A stretch of DNA of 56,823 bases from a virus. Lineage: Duplodnaviria > Caudoviricetes. Every line of letters starts with the position of its first letter. The first letter of the stretch is position 1. The stretch spans positions 1 through 56,823 of IMG/VR virus record IMGVR_UViG_3300046804_004556; one strand, 5' to 3'. The position numbers were made by a program, and so were the translations under genes. Under the pieces are notes generated by a model. The model worked only from the letters and a program-made list of their open reading frames with translations. It was not told the DNA's origin and made no database searches. Shown one piece after another: positions 36,316 to 46,072 of the stretch.

Positions 36316-38087
36316 CTTTTTATTTTTTTAGATTTGTGACTTATTCCTATAATCATATTATTTTCAACTTCATCTAATGAAAGTAGTGGCGACATTTCCT
36401 CTATTGGAGGAGATAGTATAGAAAAGTCTTCGTTTAATACTCCTTTAACTTTTGGAATGAAATCTTGTTCAGGATCCATAAAAACTTCTAAGCAAGCTGC
36501 TCCTTCGCAATTAATAAAATCCAACATTGTTTCTTCAAAACTTTCCCAATTGTTTAAAGAATAATATTCATATCCAAAAGCCGTCATTAATTTGTTGTAG
36601 TTCGGTAAACCTATTCCAGTTTTTTTATCTACGCTTACATAATGTTTATCAAATAACATTTTTTGTGTATGCTTAATCATCAAATAACCATCATTATTAA
36701 AAATGATTATTTTTATCGGTAAATTATTTTCTATAACAGTATGACACTCTTGTAAATTCATCATCATTCCTCCATCGCAATTTAAACACAAGACAGGTTT
36801 CGTTGGACAAGCTAATTGAGCGCCGATTGCTCCAGCTATTCCATAGCCCATTTCCCCCAATCCTAGAGAAGTAAACATTATTTGATCTTTTTTCAAACGT
36901 ATCGCTTGATGACCACTTAATAATGCTGTTCCCATATCTGTAACAATGATATGGTCATCTTTTAAGTATTCTGACATCTTATCAATAAACTTATAAGAAT
37001 TTATATATCCGTTATCTACGTGTTCATCATTTACTATAGGAAACTTTATTTTTGTATTATCACAATATTTTATCCAATCTTTTTTATAAGAATTGATTTC
37101 AACCTTATTTAGTGATTGAATAATTTTTTTGCAGTCTTGTTTTATGTAATGAACAGGATATTTTTGACCTTCATTTTCGTCTATGTCTACCACAATAATT
37201 TTTGCATCTCTTGCAAATTGGCTGAAGTCATAACCTACTTGAGGAAGAGCTAGTCTACTTCCTAATACTACAACTAAGTCAGCATTCTGAACTATGAAGT
37301 TAGCACATCTTTGTCCATATATGCCAAATCTTCCATAGAAATTTGGATTATCTGACTCTAATAAATCTATTCCTGACCATGTTAATAATGTTGGTATTTT
37401 CAATGTCTTAACAAGCTGATTAAATTCTTTTTTTGAATTAGATAATCTAACTCCATTGCCACCTAGTATTACTGGTCTTTGAGAATTATTTATCATTTCC
37501 ACTATATAAGTAACATCAACATCATTATTGAACTTATGATCAGGATTTCTCCAAACTCTTTTAGTTACGAGTTTCGATTGTAAATTAAATGGCACATCTA
37601 ACCAACAAGGTCCTGGTCTATCACTAACAGATTTTTCAAATATGTGTTCTAAGACATCTTGAATATTCATATCATCATCAAATGCTATGGACTCTTTAGT
37701 AACGTCTTCTAACATTTTTGTTATATTTAAGCCTTGAGTACCGTACATACGTAATCTACTATGATCTTTAACATAATTGATTGATTCTTGCCCAGAGATT
37801 ATAATTCCCGGTATTGAATCTGCCCAATTACTAACTACTCCAGTAACAGCATTGGTTGCGCCTCCTCCAGCTGTAACAATTGCGGCTGATAATTTTCCTG
37901 ATGCTCTGTAATATGCACCCATCGCCATCACAGCGGCTTGTTCATGATGAGTGTTTATTATTTTCGTGTATCCTAATTTATCTATAGAATCAAATATGTG
38001 TGAATTAGCTGATCCTATGATACCAAATACAGTATCGATCTCTTTCTCTTTTAAAAACTCCGCTATTAAATCACTAACTTTTACCAT
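36312..38087 (-). CDS. ThDP-dependent acetolactate-synthase-fold carboligase (YerE/ErwE-like)
   Basis: HHEQAA (catalytic Glu), W.DS.P...ISGQ, GLG.MGYG, DGG.MMNLQE...NN.GY..I. Confidence 0.85.
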   Translation of the reverse strand: MVKVSDLIAEFLKEKEIDTVFGIIGSANSHIFDSIDKLGYTKIINTHHEQAAVMAMGAYYRASGKLSAAIVTAGGGATNAVTGVVSNWADSIPGIIISGQESINYVKDHSRLRMYGTQGLNITKMLEDVTKESIAFDDDMNIQDVLEHIFEKSVSDRPGPCWLDVPFNLQSKLVTKRVWRNPDHKFNNDVDVTYIVEMINNSQRPVILGGNGVRLSNSKKEFNQLVKTLKIPTLLTWSGIDLLESDNPNFYGRFGIYGQRCANFIVQNADLVVVLGSRLALPQVGYDFSQFARDAKIIVVDIDENEGQKYPVHYIKQDCKKIIQSLNKVEINSYKKDWIKYCDNTKIKFPIVNDEHVDNGYINSYKFIDKMSEYLKDDHIIVTDMGTALLSGHQAIRLKKDQIMFTSLGLGEMGYGIAGAIGAQLACPTKPVLCLNCDGGMMMNLQECHTVIENNLPIKIIIFNNDGYLMIKHTQKMLFDKHYVSVDKKTGIGLPNYNKLMTAFGYEYYSLNNWESFEETMLDFINCEGAACLEVFMDPEQDFIPKVKGVLNEDFSILSPPIEEMSPLLSLDEVENNMIIGISHKSKKIKR

Positions 38088-39076
38088 ATAAACTTATCTT
38101 TGTAATAATCTACAATATTTTGTATTTCTTCATTAAAAGAAATCTGTGGTGACCAACCTAATGCTCTTAATTTAGAATCATCTAATGCGTATCTTACGTC
38201 TTGTCCTGGACGATTACATGAAAAATCAATATAATCATCTTTATGTTTAAAATCTTCCCAATTTTCTACACCGATATATTTTGATATTACACTTTTAACA
38301 GTGTCAATATTTTGTTGCTCGAATCCTCCAGCTATATTATATATTTCTCCTATTTGTCCCTTTTCTATAAGTGTAATAACAGCTCTTGCAGTATCTGATG
38401 CGTGTAACCAATTTCTATACGGTTCTCCATTATTGTGAATTGGAATTTTTCTACCTAAATTTAAACACTTGACTGCTTTTGGTATTAATTTCTCTACATA
38501 CTGACCAATTCCGTAATTGTTAGTTGGTCTTATTATCATGTAAGGAACGTTATGTGTTCTTCCCCAAGCCATTATAAGCATATCTGCTGCTGCTTTTGTT
38601 GCTGAATAAGGATTGCTTGGTTTTAGTATATCTAATTCTGTATGTGCTCCTGATTCTATATCCCCGTATACTTCATCAGTGCTTAAATGTATGAGTACTG
38701 GTTTTGATGAATTTTCGCCTCTATGATTTTTTATTAGTTCAAGTATATTATGAACTCCATCAATGTTTGATCTAACAAATTCGAAGCTACTAGCAATACT
38801 ATTTCCTACGTGAGTCTCTGCGGCTGTATTGATGATATAATCGCAATCATACAAAAATTTTAGATCATTTATATCGCAATGAACAAATGAAAAATTTGGG
38901 TGTTTTTCAAACCTGTTTAAAAGACTCTTATTGGCTGCATAAGTCATTTTATCTACGCCTTTTACATACCAACCTTTTTCTAAACACTGTGTTGTTATAT
39001 AAGATCCTATGAATCCTAAACAACCAGTTACATACACTATTTTTTTACCATCATTTTTTTTATGTATCTCTCCCAT
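38081..39076 (-). CDS. rfbB: NDP-glucose 4,6-dehydratase (RmlB/RfbB-like)
   Basis: TG.LGFIG, DK.TYA, AAETHV..S, STDEVYG, PSNPYSATKA, NNYG..Q..EKLIP, RPG.D.RY. Confidence 0.85.
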   Translation of the reverse strand: MGEIHKKNDGKKIVYVTGCLGFIGSYITTQCLEKGWYVKGVDKMTYAANKSLLNRFEKHPNFSFVHCDINDLKFLYDCDYIINTAAETHVGNSIASSFEFVRSNIDGVHNILELIKNHRGENSSKPVLIHLSTDEVYGDIESGAHTELDILKPSNPYSATKAAADMLIMAWGRTHNVPYMIIRPTNNYGIGQYVEKLIPKAVKCLNLGRKIPIHNNGEPYRNWLHASDTARAVITLIEKGQIGEIYNIAGGFEQQNIDTVKSVISKYIGVENWEDFKHKDDYIDFSCNRPGQDVRYALDDSKLRALGWSPQISFNEEIQNIVDYYKDKFIW

Positions 39077-39849
39077 AATATGTCTTCTATTATATTGTAT
39101 TTTAAAGTTCTATTAAAATTATCGATAATTGCCTCTTCTTTAGACAAATATAATTCAGGTGTTAATAAATTTGGATCGAAAGAATCATCGAGTTTTATTA
39201 TTCCATCTATATTAAAATAATCTCCTATATTTGGATCTCCATGATAAATCGGTATAGTTCCACAAGCAAAACAATCAAGTATTTTTTCGCTCCAATATCC
39301 ATCATAAGATGCATTTTCCATTGTGACAGAGAACATGTAATCCGCTAATGCGTCTTCTTTTTTATTAAATTCTCTAATTCCTCTACCGAATAAATCAACT
39401 TTATCTTTTAATTTATCAGCCCAATGTAACCTATATAAGTGACCCTCGCATTGAGTTTTATTTGAAGTTATCATCGAACACAATCTTGTTTTAGGGTAGC
39501 ACTCAGGATTTTCTATCCAATATCCAGATGGAGGAAGATAATAGAAATTATCAGCTAAACAAGATATAGATTTGTCGTGAGTTATTAAAAACTCATATGC
39601 ATTTGATATTTCTTTACTTTGTTCTTTTATCTTCTTTATTACTTCTGGGATTATTGCGGATGATTCTACTATCCATGCTATTTTCTTCGTGTTATATGTA
39701 GAATTTATATTTTTTACTATATCTTCATCTACAAAAAAAGTTATGTCTTTTATTTGATTTTTAGACCATGTAAAATATGTTGGAATTTTCCAAAGTGTAG
39801 ACGAATACGCGTGTTGAAATCCTCCTCCTATTAATCCTACTTCTATCAT
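39037..39849 (-). CDS. GT10-like alpha-1,3-fucosyltransferase-family protein
   Basis: Y.FS..MEN....Y.SEKI.D.F..GTIPIY.G; likely start MIEVG at 39849. Confidence 0.7.
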   Translation of the reverse strand: MIEVGLIGGGFQHAYSSTLWKIPTYFTWSKNQIKDITFFVDEDIVKNINSTYNTKKIAWIVESSAIIPEVIKKIKEQSKEISNAYEFLITHDKSISCLADNFYYLPPSGYWIENPECYPKTRLCSMITSNKTQCEGHLYRLHWADKLKDKVDLFGRGIREFNKKEDALADYMFSVTMENASYDGYWSEKILDCFACGTIPIYHGDPNIGDYFNIDGIIKLDDSFDPNLLTPELYLSKEEAIIDNFNRTLKYNIIEDILWERYIKKMMVKK

Positions 39850-42011
39850 ATAACAATCCAATTTTGTGGAATTAAATCTCGTGTATCATTATTTTTTAAA
39901 GCTTCTCCAAACCATTTTTTGGGAGCAATAACTTTTTTATTTTCATTCGTATTTAACCATGCTCCCCACCAACTAAAGCTACTGTTAGCTATTATATTAT
40001 GCTTACACATTGACATTATATATAGATCAATATAATCATTTTCTCCATCAATTATGTTATATTTCTTATCAGTGAAATTATTTCTAATAAAATCTTTATC
40101 ATCACCAAACACTAAAAAAGTCTCAGACTCTGGGAAATGGGATATAGCTTCTTTATAGTAATCTATATTGCATATGGGATGATGATCTTGACTTACCATG
40201 TAATCTCCTCTTCTTATATGAATACTTGTTGGATTATTTTGCAATACATGTCCATATTTTTTATTTATGTAATCTACTACTTCTTCATTCGGAGAAAATA
40301 AATCAATTATTTTTTTCTTATTATGTGCAAAATACTTTTCGCTTTGAAAATGGCCTTCTATATATAAATTTTTATCAAACTTATAGGATATGGGTTTGTA
40401 AGAAAAGCTCTGTTCTTTCCATACATCAAAGTTAGAAGGATTATCAATAAAATCTATTTTAGAGTATATGTTATTTTTATATAGCGTTGGGCTACCATTT
40501 TCACCTAATAAAGATGTATACACTCCATTAGCTTCGCTTATTTTAATATCGCATTTATTGTCTATCGCAAAAGAATATGCTGTAGCTATTTGAAACATTT
40601 GATTACCCAATCTGCCTAAAATTCTTGGGATAACATATTTGTCTGAGTTATCTTTTATGACTGAATATGGTCTTATGCTTTTTATGTAATTCTCTCCATC
40701 TCTTCCGTTTATATAATCTTGATGATTTCTATCAGAGTTTGGTTTAGATTCATTATATACATAAGTAACAAAATTCATTACACCTATTTTATTTTTAGGA
40801 GATTGTTCCATAGCGGCGCACATAATTGCAACATCATCTCCGAATCTGATCCATTCTCCATTGTGTTGTAGATCTATTTCTGATATATTCTTGAACAGAA
40901 ATCCTTTCATTGTTTTTAAATGACTCGCAGTATATGGATATTGTCGATATAGGTTAAATTTATGTATGTCTTCAGGGTGATCTTTACCGTGTGATGGAGA
41001 TTCTAATAAACTCGGGTAACATACCATTTTTGAATATGCAACCCATACACTATTTTCTATATAGTATTCTACAACTTTTTGAAATACATCATTATATGCT
41101 ATCCAATCATCTCCATCTATAAAAACGACTATATCATTATCATCTATAAAATCTTTTCTATACTCCATAAAAGAATAAGATTTGCTCTTATTTTCTTTAT
41201 GACAAATAAGTTTGAATTTTGAATTATTTGATATTAGATAGTCTGCTATTCTTGCTGTATCATCAGAAGAATTATCATCTATATATAAAACTTCGTAGTT
41301 TTTATATTTTTGATCTAGTATACTCTCTATATTAGTTTGAACCCAGTCTTCATTATTATATGTAGTAACAATAACTTTTATTTTTGGAGCTTTTACATAT
41401 AACGCATCTCCCCAATTTGCATGAGTCCATGCAGTTTCTATTCTAATAAATCCGTATTCTGATAGATAATCATCTATATTATCTACGATATCACATCCTT
41501 CATACAGCTCTTCTTTGTTTATTTCTGTATAAATGTAATCTATTTTTTCTAAATACTTTCCTAAACTTTTTATAGCTCTAAGTTCTATTCCTTGTAAATC
41601 TAAATTAATGAAATTGTACTTATCAATATCTAAGTTATTTTCGTTTATTATTGAATCTAATCGCTTGGTTATTACTTCTATTTTTTGTACAACGTCTATC
41701 TGAGGATAGAAATTTTTATGATTTTTTAGTTTTAATATAGACGAACTCTCTCCGTTATTAGTAATATTAAATTCTATTTTTTCTCCATCTATATCGTTTA
41801 TCGCATCATTAATAACGATACTTCCTACTTCATTTTCTAAATATTTTTTACAAAAATCGCTTTTTGCTGGATTGGCTTCTATCCATACGATGTCGCTTAT
41901 GTTCAATTTTTTATATAAAGAAAACTCTTCTGCTTCATGAGCTCCGCAGTGAATTATACCTTTTATGTTTAATTTATATTTCTGAATTAGGTGGTTAAGA
42001 TCTATTAACAT
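39846..42011 (-). CDS. Triple fusion of FkbM methyltransferase, GT2 and GT11 alpha-1,2-fucosyltransferase-like domains
   Basis: IIH.GAH..E, EANP, N.D.QG.EL; TTYN...IDD.SSD...DGDDW; GRLGNQMFQ, FQSEKYF, HIRRGDY, IIANSSFSWWGAW. Confidence 0.85.
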   Translation of the reverse strand: MLIDLNHLIQKYKLNIKGIIHCGAHEAEEFSLYKKLNISDIVWIEANPAKSDFCKKYLENEVGSIVINDAINDIDGEKIEFNITNNGESSSILKLKNHKNFYPQIDVVQKIEVITKRLDSIINENNLDIDKYNFINLDLQGIELRAIKSLGKYLEKIDYIYTEINKEELYEGCDIVDNIDDYLSEYGFIRIETAWTHANWGDALYVKAPKIKVIVTTYNNEDWVQTNIESILDQKYKNYEVLYIDDNSSDDTARIADYLISNNSKFKLICHKENKSKSYSFMEYRKDFIDDNDIVVFIDGDDWIAYNDVFQKVVEYYIENSVWVAYSKMVCYPSLLESPSHGKDHPEDIHKFNLYRQYPYTASHLKTMKGFLFKNISEIDLQHNGEWIRFGDDVAIMCAAMEQSPKNKIGVMNFVTYVYNESKPNSDRNHQDYINGRDGENYIKSIRPYSVIKDNSDKYVIPRILGRLGNQMFQIATAYSFAIDNKCDIKISEANGVYTSLLGENGSPTLYKNNIYSKIDFIDNPSNFDVWKEQSFSYKPISYKFDKNLYIEGHFQSEKYFAHNKKKIIDLFSPNEEVVDYINKKYGHVLQNNPTSIHIRRGDYMVSQDHHPICNIDYYKEAISHFPESETFLVFGDDKDFIRNNFTDKKYNIIDGENDYIDLYIMSMCKHNIIANSSFSWWGAWLNTNENKKVIAPKKWFGEALKNNDTRDLIPQNWIVI

Positions 42012-42860
42012 TTATGAATTATTTTTATAGAAATCTACTAATTTATGCACAATTTCATCAATATTATATTTGCAGTCGTATCCATAATTTTGAAGTTTTG
42101 TTGTATCTAAATATGAATTTTTTACTTGCACGATATTGTGAAAATGGGTTGGATCTATGTTTATTATTTTCGATTTCGATTTTGAATATTTTATTGCTTT
42201 TTTTACTATATTTAAAAATAGATAAGGTTTCCCGCTTCCTATGTTTATTATTTCATTAAGAGGAGCTTGATTTATGCAATGATATATGGCTTCGCAAACA
42301 TCATCAACATATATGTAGTCTCTTAAAACATTACCTCCATAATATAATTCTACGTCTTTATTTTCAACTATCTCTTTTATTAAGAATTGTAAAGCATTTT
42401 TTTTCTTTGATATTTTATAATCCCCTTCTCCTAATACATTCGCTAATCTGAATATTCTATACTTTATATCGAAGGTATTACAAAAACTAATTATTAGCTG
42501 TTCTGCACATCTTTTAGTTATAGAATAAAAACCTGTTGGATTACACTCAAGATCATCTTCTTTAAATGGTGTTTTATTATTCTGTCCATATACAAACCAT
42601 GAACTAACGAAGTTAAACACTGTATCTTTATTATGCTTAAAATTGTCTAACACATTCATTAGTACTTTTAAATTAGTATCTATATCAACGTGAAGATCAT
42701 TATGAATATTATAGTTATCTATGGTACTTATCAAATAGAGTATATTATTTGATTTTGGTGAATAATCACTTCTATCATTTATGATAACTTCTTGATCATA
42801 CATTTGACAAAATCTTTTGCCTATAAAACCAGTTCCTCCGAATATATTTAATTTTTCCAT
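42012..42860 (-). CDS. NAD-dependent NDP-sugar epimerase/4-reductase
   Basis: GGTGFIG, SS..VYG, YSITK, RDYIYVDD, NIGSG. Confidence 0.8.
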   Translation of the reverse strand: MEKLNIFGGTGFIGKRFCQMYDQEVIINDRSDYSPKSNNILYLISTIDNYNIHNDLHVDIDTNLKVLMNVLDNFKHNKDTVFNFVSSWFVYGQNNKTPFKEDDLECNPTGFYSITKRCAEQLIISFCNTFDIKYRIFRLANVLGEGDYKISKKKNALQFLIKEIVENKDVELYYGGNVLRDYIYVDDVCEAIYHCINQAPLNEIINIGSGKPYLFLNIVKKAIKYSKSKSKIINIDPTHFHNIVQVKNSYLDTTKLQNYGYDCKYNIDEIVHKLVDFYKNNS

Positions 42861-42863
42861 ATT

Positions 42864-43508
42864 TTAAATTTCATTTAATAACGATATTTTATTTATCGAT
42901 TCGTTTGTTAATTTTCCATGGAATCCAAAAGTCTTTTCTAAATTATATTCGCACTCTGGAATATTATGCTCTAAGGAGAATTTTGAAGCTATCTCGATTG
43001 GTGCATATTTCATTCCATTTCTTACGAAAATATCATAGTAATAATTTGTGACTAATACATCATTATGCATGCCTTCAATATAATCTACTTTTTTCTCTAA
43101 ATCAAGAAATTTTTTGCTTTTTAAAACGAATCCTCCATTTCCAACTCTATTTTTCTTACACCAATCTAAATCTGGCCATGGCGCTCCTATATAATCGTAT
43201 TCATAAAATTCATTTATCCACATGTGCGGATTTATTATGAATCCATCATCTTGTATAGATAACATATAATCAGTTTCTACATAGTCTGATAAATTCTCCA
43301 TTGCGAATCTATTTATCGACGAGTGTGATTGCTTTTCTATTTCTATGAAATCTATATCTTGAGTTATATTATCTGGTCTTTCGTTGGATATCAGTATGAT
43401 TTTTCCAAATTGTATGTGCTTAGAACTGTATAGTAATGCTTTAACAGAATTAGATGGATTTACGCAATCTATTGCAAGTAACGTTATATTTTTTAAATTT
43501 ATTTTCAA
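42864..43508 (-). CDS. DUF5672-like putative glycosyltransferase
   Basis: Q.DG.I....W..EF..YDYIGAPW...VGNGGF.L.S...FS.E...FGFHG. Confidence 0.7.
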   Translation of the reverse strand: MKINLKNITLLAIDCVNPSNSVKALLYSSKHIQFGKIILISNERPDNITQDIDFIEIEKQSHSSINRFAMENLSDYVETDYMLSIQDDGFIINPHMWINEFYEYDYIGAPWPDLDWCKKNRVGNGGFVLKSKKFLDLEKKVDYIEGMHNDVLVTNYYYDIFVRNGMKYAPIEIASKFSLEHNIPECEYNLEKTFGFHGKLTNESINKISLLNEI

Positions 43509-44272
43509 TTTATGTATACTGATTTTGAAGTGTTATAATCTGATCTTTTCTTTATTAAATCTAGTACAGATTCATCGTTCTTTTGATCTTCTGTAGGAGC
43601 AAAGAGTGCTCGACTTCTTTTGTCCACATCTTTAGGAGGTTCGCATAAATAATAAATCGCCAAACTTTTTCTATACTTATTTTCTGGGCAATTCACTTGT
43701 CTACTTAGTCCGTGCCATGAATTTTGAGTGGTATCGAAAAGAACTGCTTTATTGAAACCTACAGAAATTTCTTTTTCTAAAACAGAAGAATCACTATTCC
43801 AAAGACCAAAATGTCCTCCATAAGAATCGTTCCAATCTTCACACAAATATATAATTAAATTTAACTTTCTTTGCAATTCTAAATGTGGGTGCATAGAATA
43901 ATCCAAATGAGGATTTAGTTTACCACCATTAGCGTGTATGTGCCAGCCTCCTCCATGAAGTCCATGATCTGGATATAATTTTGTTCCAAATATATTAGAT
44001 AATAACTCTAAGACTACTGGGGAATTTAAAAAACTAAATAGTTGGTAAGTGTTTGTTGGAAATTTTCTCCAATCACTTAACAATTTTTTATCTTCTATTT
44101 TATTTTTATAATTAAACCAAATATCATCGTTAAAATCGGGGAATTCGTTTGATAGACTCTTGGCAAAATCTTCACTTAAAAAATTATCTATAATAGCATG
44201 ATCGTACGGAGAAGTTTCTATTTGTAGATTAGCTAGAGATTTTATTATTTTATTTCCAATAAAATTATTCAT
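43505..44272 (-). CDS. 2OG-Fe(II) oxygenase (prolyl-4-hydroxylase-like)
   Basis: PY.H.IIDNFL, GGG.H, HLD (HxD), SWHG, R.S.A.YY. Confidence 0.8.
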   Translation of the reverse strand: MNNFIGNKIIKSLANLQIETSPYDHAIIDNFLSEDFAKSLSNEFPDFNDDIWFNYKNKIEDKKLLSDWRKFPTNTYQLFSFLNSPVVLELLSNIFGTKLYPDHGLHGGGWHIHANGGKLNPHLDYSMHPHLELQRKLNLIIYLCEDWNDSYGGHFGLWNSDSSVLEKEISVGFNKAVLFDTTQNSWHGLSRQVNCPENKYRKSLAIYYLCEPPKDVDKRSRALFAPTEDQKNDESVLDLIKKRSDYNTSKSVYIN

Positions 44273-44282
44273 TATATCATTT

Positions 44283-45275
44283 TTATTTTTCGAAATACGG
44301 TTTACATAAATTATTTATATATGTCTCTTCTATTTCTTTCTGTCTCTCTGTACATCCATAAGCCATATGTATTCCACAACAGTTTCTAACATATGCAGGT
44401 TTTTTCTTTTGCGCTAAAGAGTATACATTCATCTGTCCTTCATCCCATCCATCTCTAAATGTAGATTGACTTTCTTTCCAAAAAGAGGTTTTTATAAAAG
44501 TTAAATTATTACAAAAATATACACTATTATGATCCATAATATGATATTCTCTCTTATCAAAAATTAAATTCTTATTTTCTATTAATTTTTGTGTTATGTA
44601 CGAATTGTATGTATAAGAGAATCTAGCTGGATGGAATCCTTTTGCTAACGACATATAATTTGGAAGATTTATATTTTCTATAGGATTAAACTTATCAATA
44701 AAATTCCAATATTCGTTGTAATCCCATTCAGATTTTGAATCTATATATTGTTGAACTTTTCTATAGTCGCAACCCCATATATGTAAATTGTTTTTTACAC
44801 CTTCTGATAGGAATATTTTATAAGCCTCTAACTTCTCTTCTTCACTTAAAAAATCTTCAATAAAAAAATCCACTGTAGGTATACCATTTTGAATTATCGG
44901 TATGAGTACGGATATATCTTCTTTATCTAGAACAGATACATTTTCTATCATATAGTCCCATACGTATGAATTAATAAATGTATCATCATCCCATTTACAC
45001 GAATATTCGCAATCTGATTCGTGCGCTAATTGTACTTTCTTAATATATTCATCATCAGTCATACACTGAATAGTGATATCTATATTTTGGTACTTTTTGT
45101 CTGTTAGCTCTTCTACCCATTTACTCTCATCTAATGCATTAATGTATACATGCAAAGATATTTTTTCTAAATTGTCTTTTTTTATTTTAGAGAATTGATC
45201 TAAACACATTCTAGTAAACCAAAATCTATCTTTGTAATGTGCACCGTTAGCCGTAAATAAGTTTATTTGTATCAT
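44283..45275 (-). CDS. Putative GT-A fold glycosyltransferase
   Basis: K.DDD motif, context, H..YG. Confidence 0.5.
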   Translation of the reverse strand: MIQINLFTANGAHYKDRFWFTRMCLDQFSKIKKDNLEKISLHVYINALDESKWVEELTDKKYQNIDITIQCMTDDEYIKKVQLAHESDCEYSCKWDDDTFINSYVWDYMIENVSVLDKEDISVLIPIIQNGIPTVDFFIEDFLSEEEKLEAYKIFLSEGVKNNLHIWGCDYRKVQQYIDSKSEWDYNEYWNFIDKFNPIENINLPNYMSLAKGFHPARFSYTYNSYITQKLIENKNLIFDKREYHIMDHNSVYFCNNLTFIKTSFWKESQSTFRDGWDEGQMNVYSLAQKKKPAYVRNCCGIHMAYGCTERQKEIEETYINNLCKPYFEK

Positions 45276-46063
45276 TGTGTATCTATTATTTTATATTCTA
45301 AATTAGGATTTAAGCATCTTATGAAGAAATTCACATTGGATCCTGTGCAACATAATAAAAAATTTGTTTTTGATAGCAGATATGCCTCTATTAAAACTTC
45401 TTCTCCGATAAAATATTTGTTATGAAAATATGCATTGTGATAATGTAGTGGACCTTCATTTATACTTCTAAATGTTGGATACAATATGACTTTATCTCCA
45501 AATATATTTTTTATATAATCAACTCGACTTTGTTCATCAGATGTTACGAATATTGCATCATAGTCTTTTAATTTTTCAGCAATTTCATTCACATACATGT
45601 GCATAGGTTTCTTATCCGGATGATCTGTTCCTCTGCAATGCAGACCTAACACTTTCTTATTAGAAAAATTTTCATTATAAAACGAATCTAATTTTTCTTG
45701 TACGTGAGGTAATAGCTTTACATGTTTTTCTACTATTTGTGCATATTCTAGTCTTCTCTTTTTATATATTTCTGGATCTAGAAACACATCTCTAAATTCA
45801 CTAAAATCATCATGCAACAATCCCACTTCAGATAATATCTGATCTTTATCTGGTATAGTATTAGTGTGAGGTTGTTCAAAATAATAATCCCAAACATTGT
45901 ATATCCCTTGTTGACCGTGAATGTCATAATCGTAATAACAACATTCTTCTCCAAATAATACGTAATACTTTTCATTTGGATAATGGTACATTCCTCTTAA
46001 AGTCTGCCAAATAAATGCAAACAGTCCTGAATTTGGTTGTGTTGGATGGAGTAGTCTATACAT
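45272..46063 (-). CDS. NodZ/GT23-like fucosyltransferase-family protein
   Basis: SGLF, LG.H.RGTD, IFVTSDE, E.YLLS....L....SNV. Confidence 0.65.
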   Translation of the reverse strand: MYRLLHPTQPNSGLFAFIWQTLRGMYHYPNEKYYVLFGEECCYYDYDIHGQQGIYNVWDYYFEQPHTNTIPDKDQILSEVGLLHDDFSEFRDVFLDPEIYKKRRLEYAQIVEKHVKLLPHVQEKLDSFYNENFSNKKVLGLHCRGTDHPDKKPMHMYVNEIAEKLKDYDAIFVTSDEQSRVDYIKNIFGDKVILYPTFRSINEGPLHYHNAYFHNKYFIGEEVLIEAYLLSKTNFLLCCTGSNVNFFIRCLNPNLEYKIIDTQ

Positions 46064-46072
46064 ATAAACTTT

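Noticed and set aside
36312-38087. Acetolactate synthase for branched-chain amino acid synthesis
   Set aside because: No ilvN/ilvC/ilvD in the window; the context is NDP-sugar biosynthesis.
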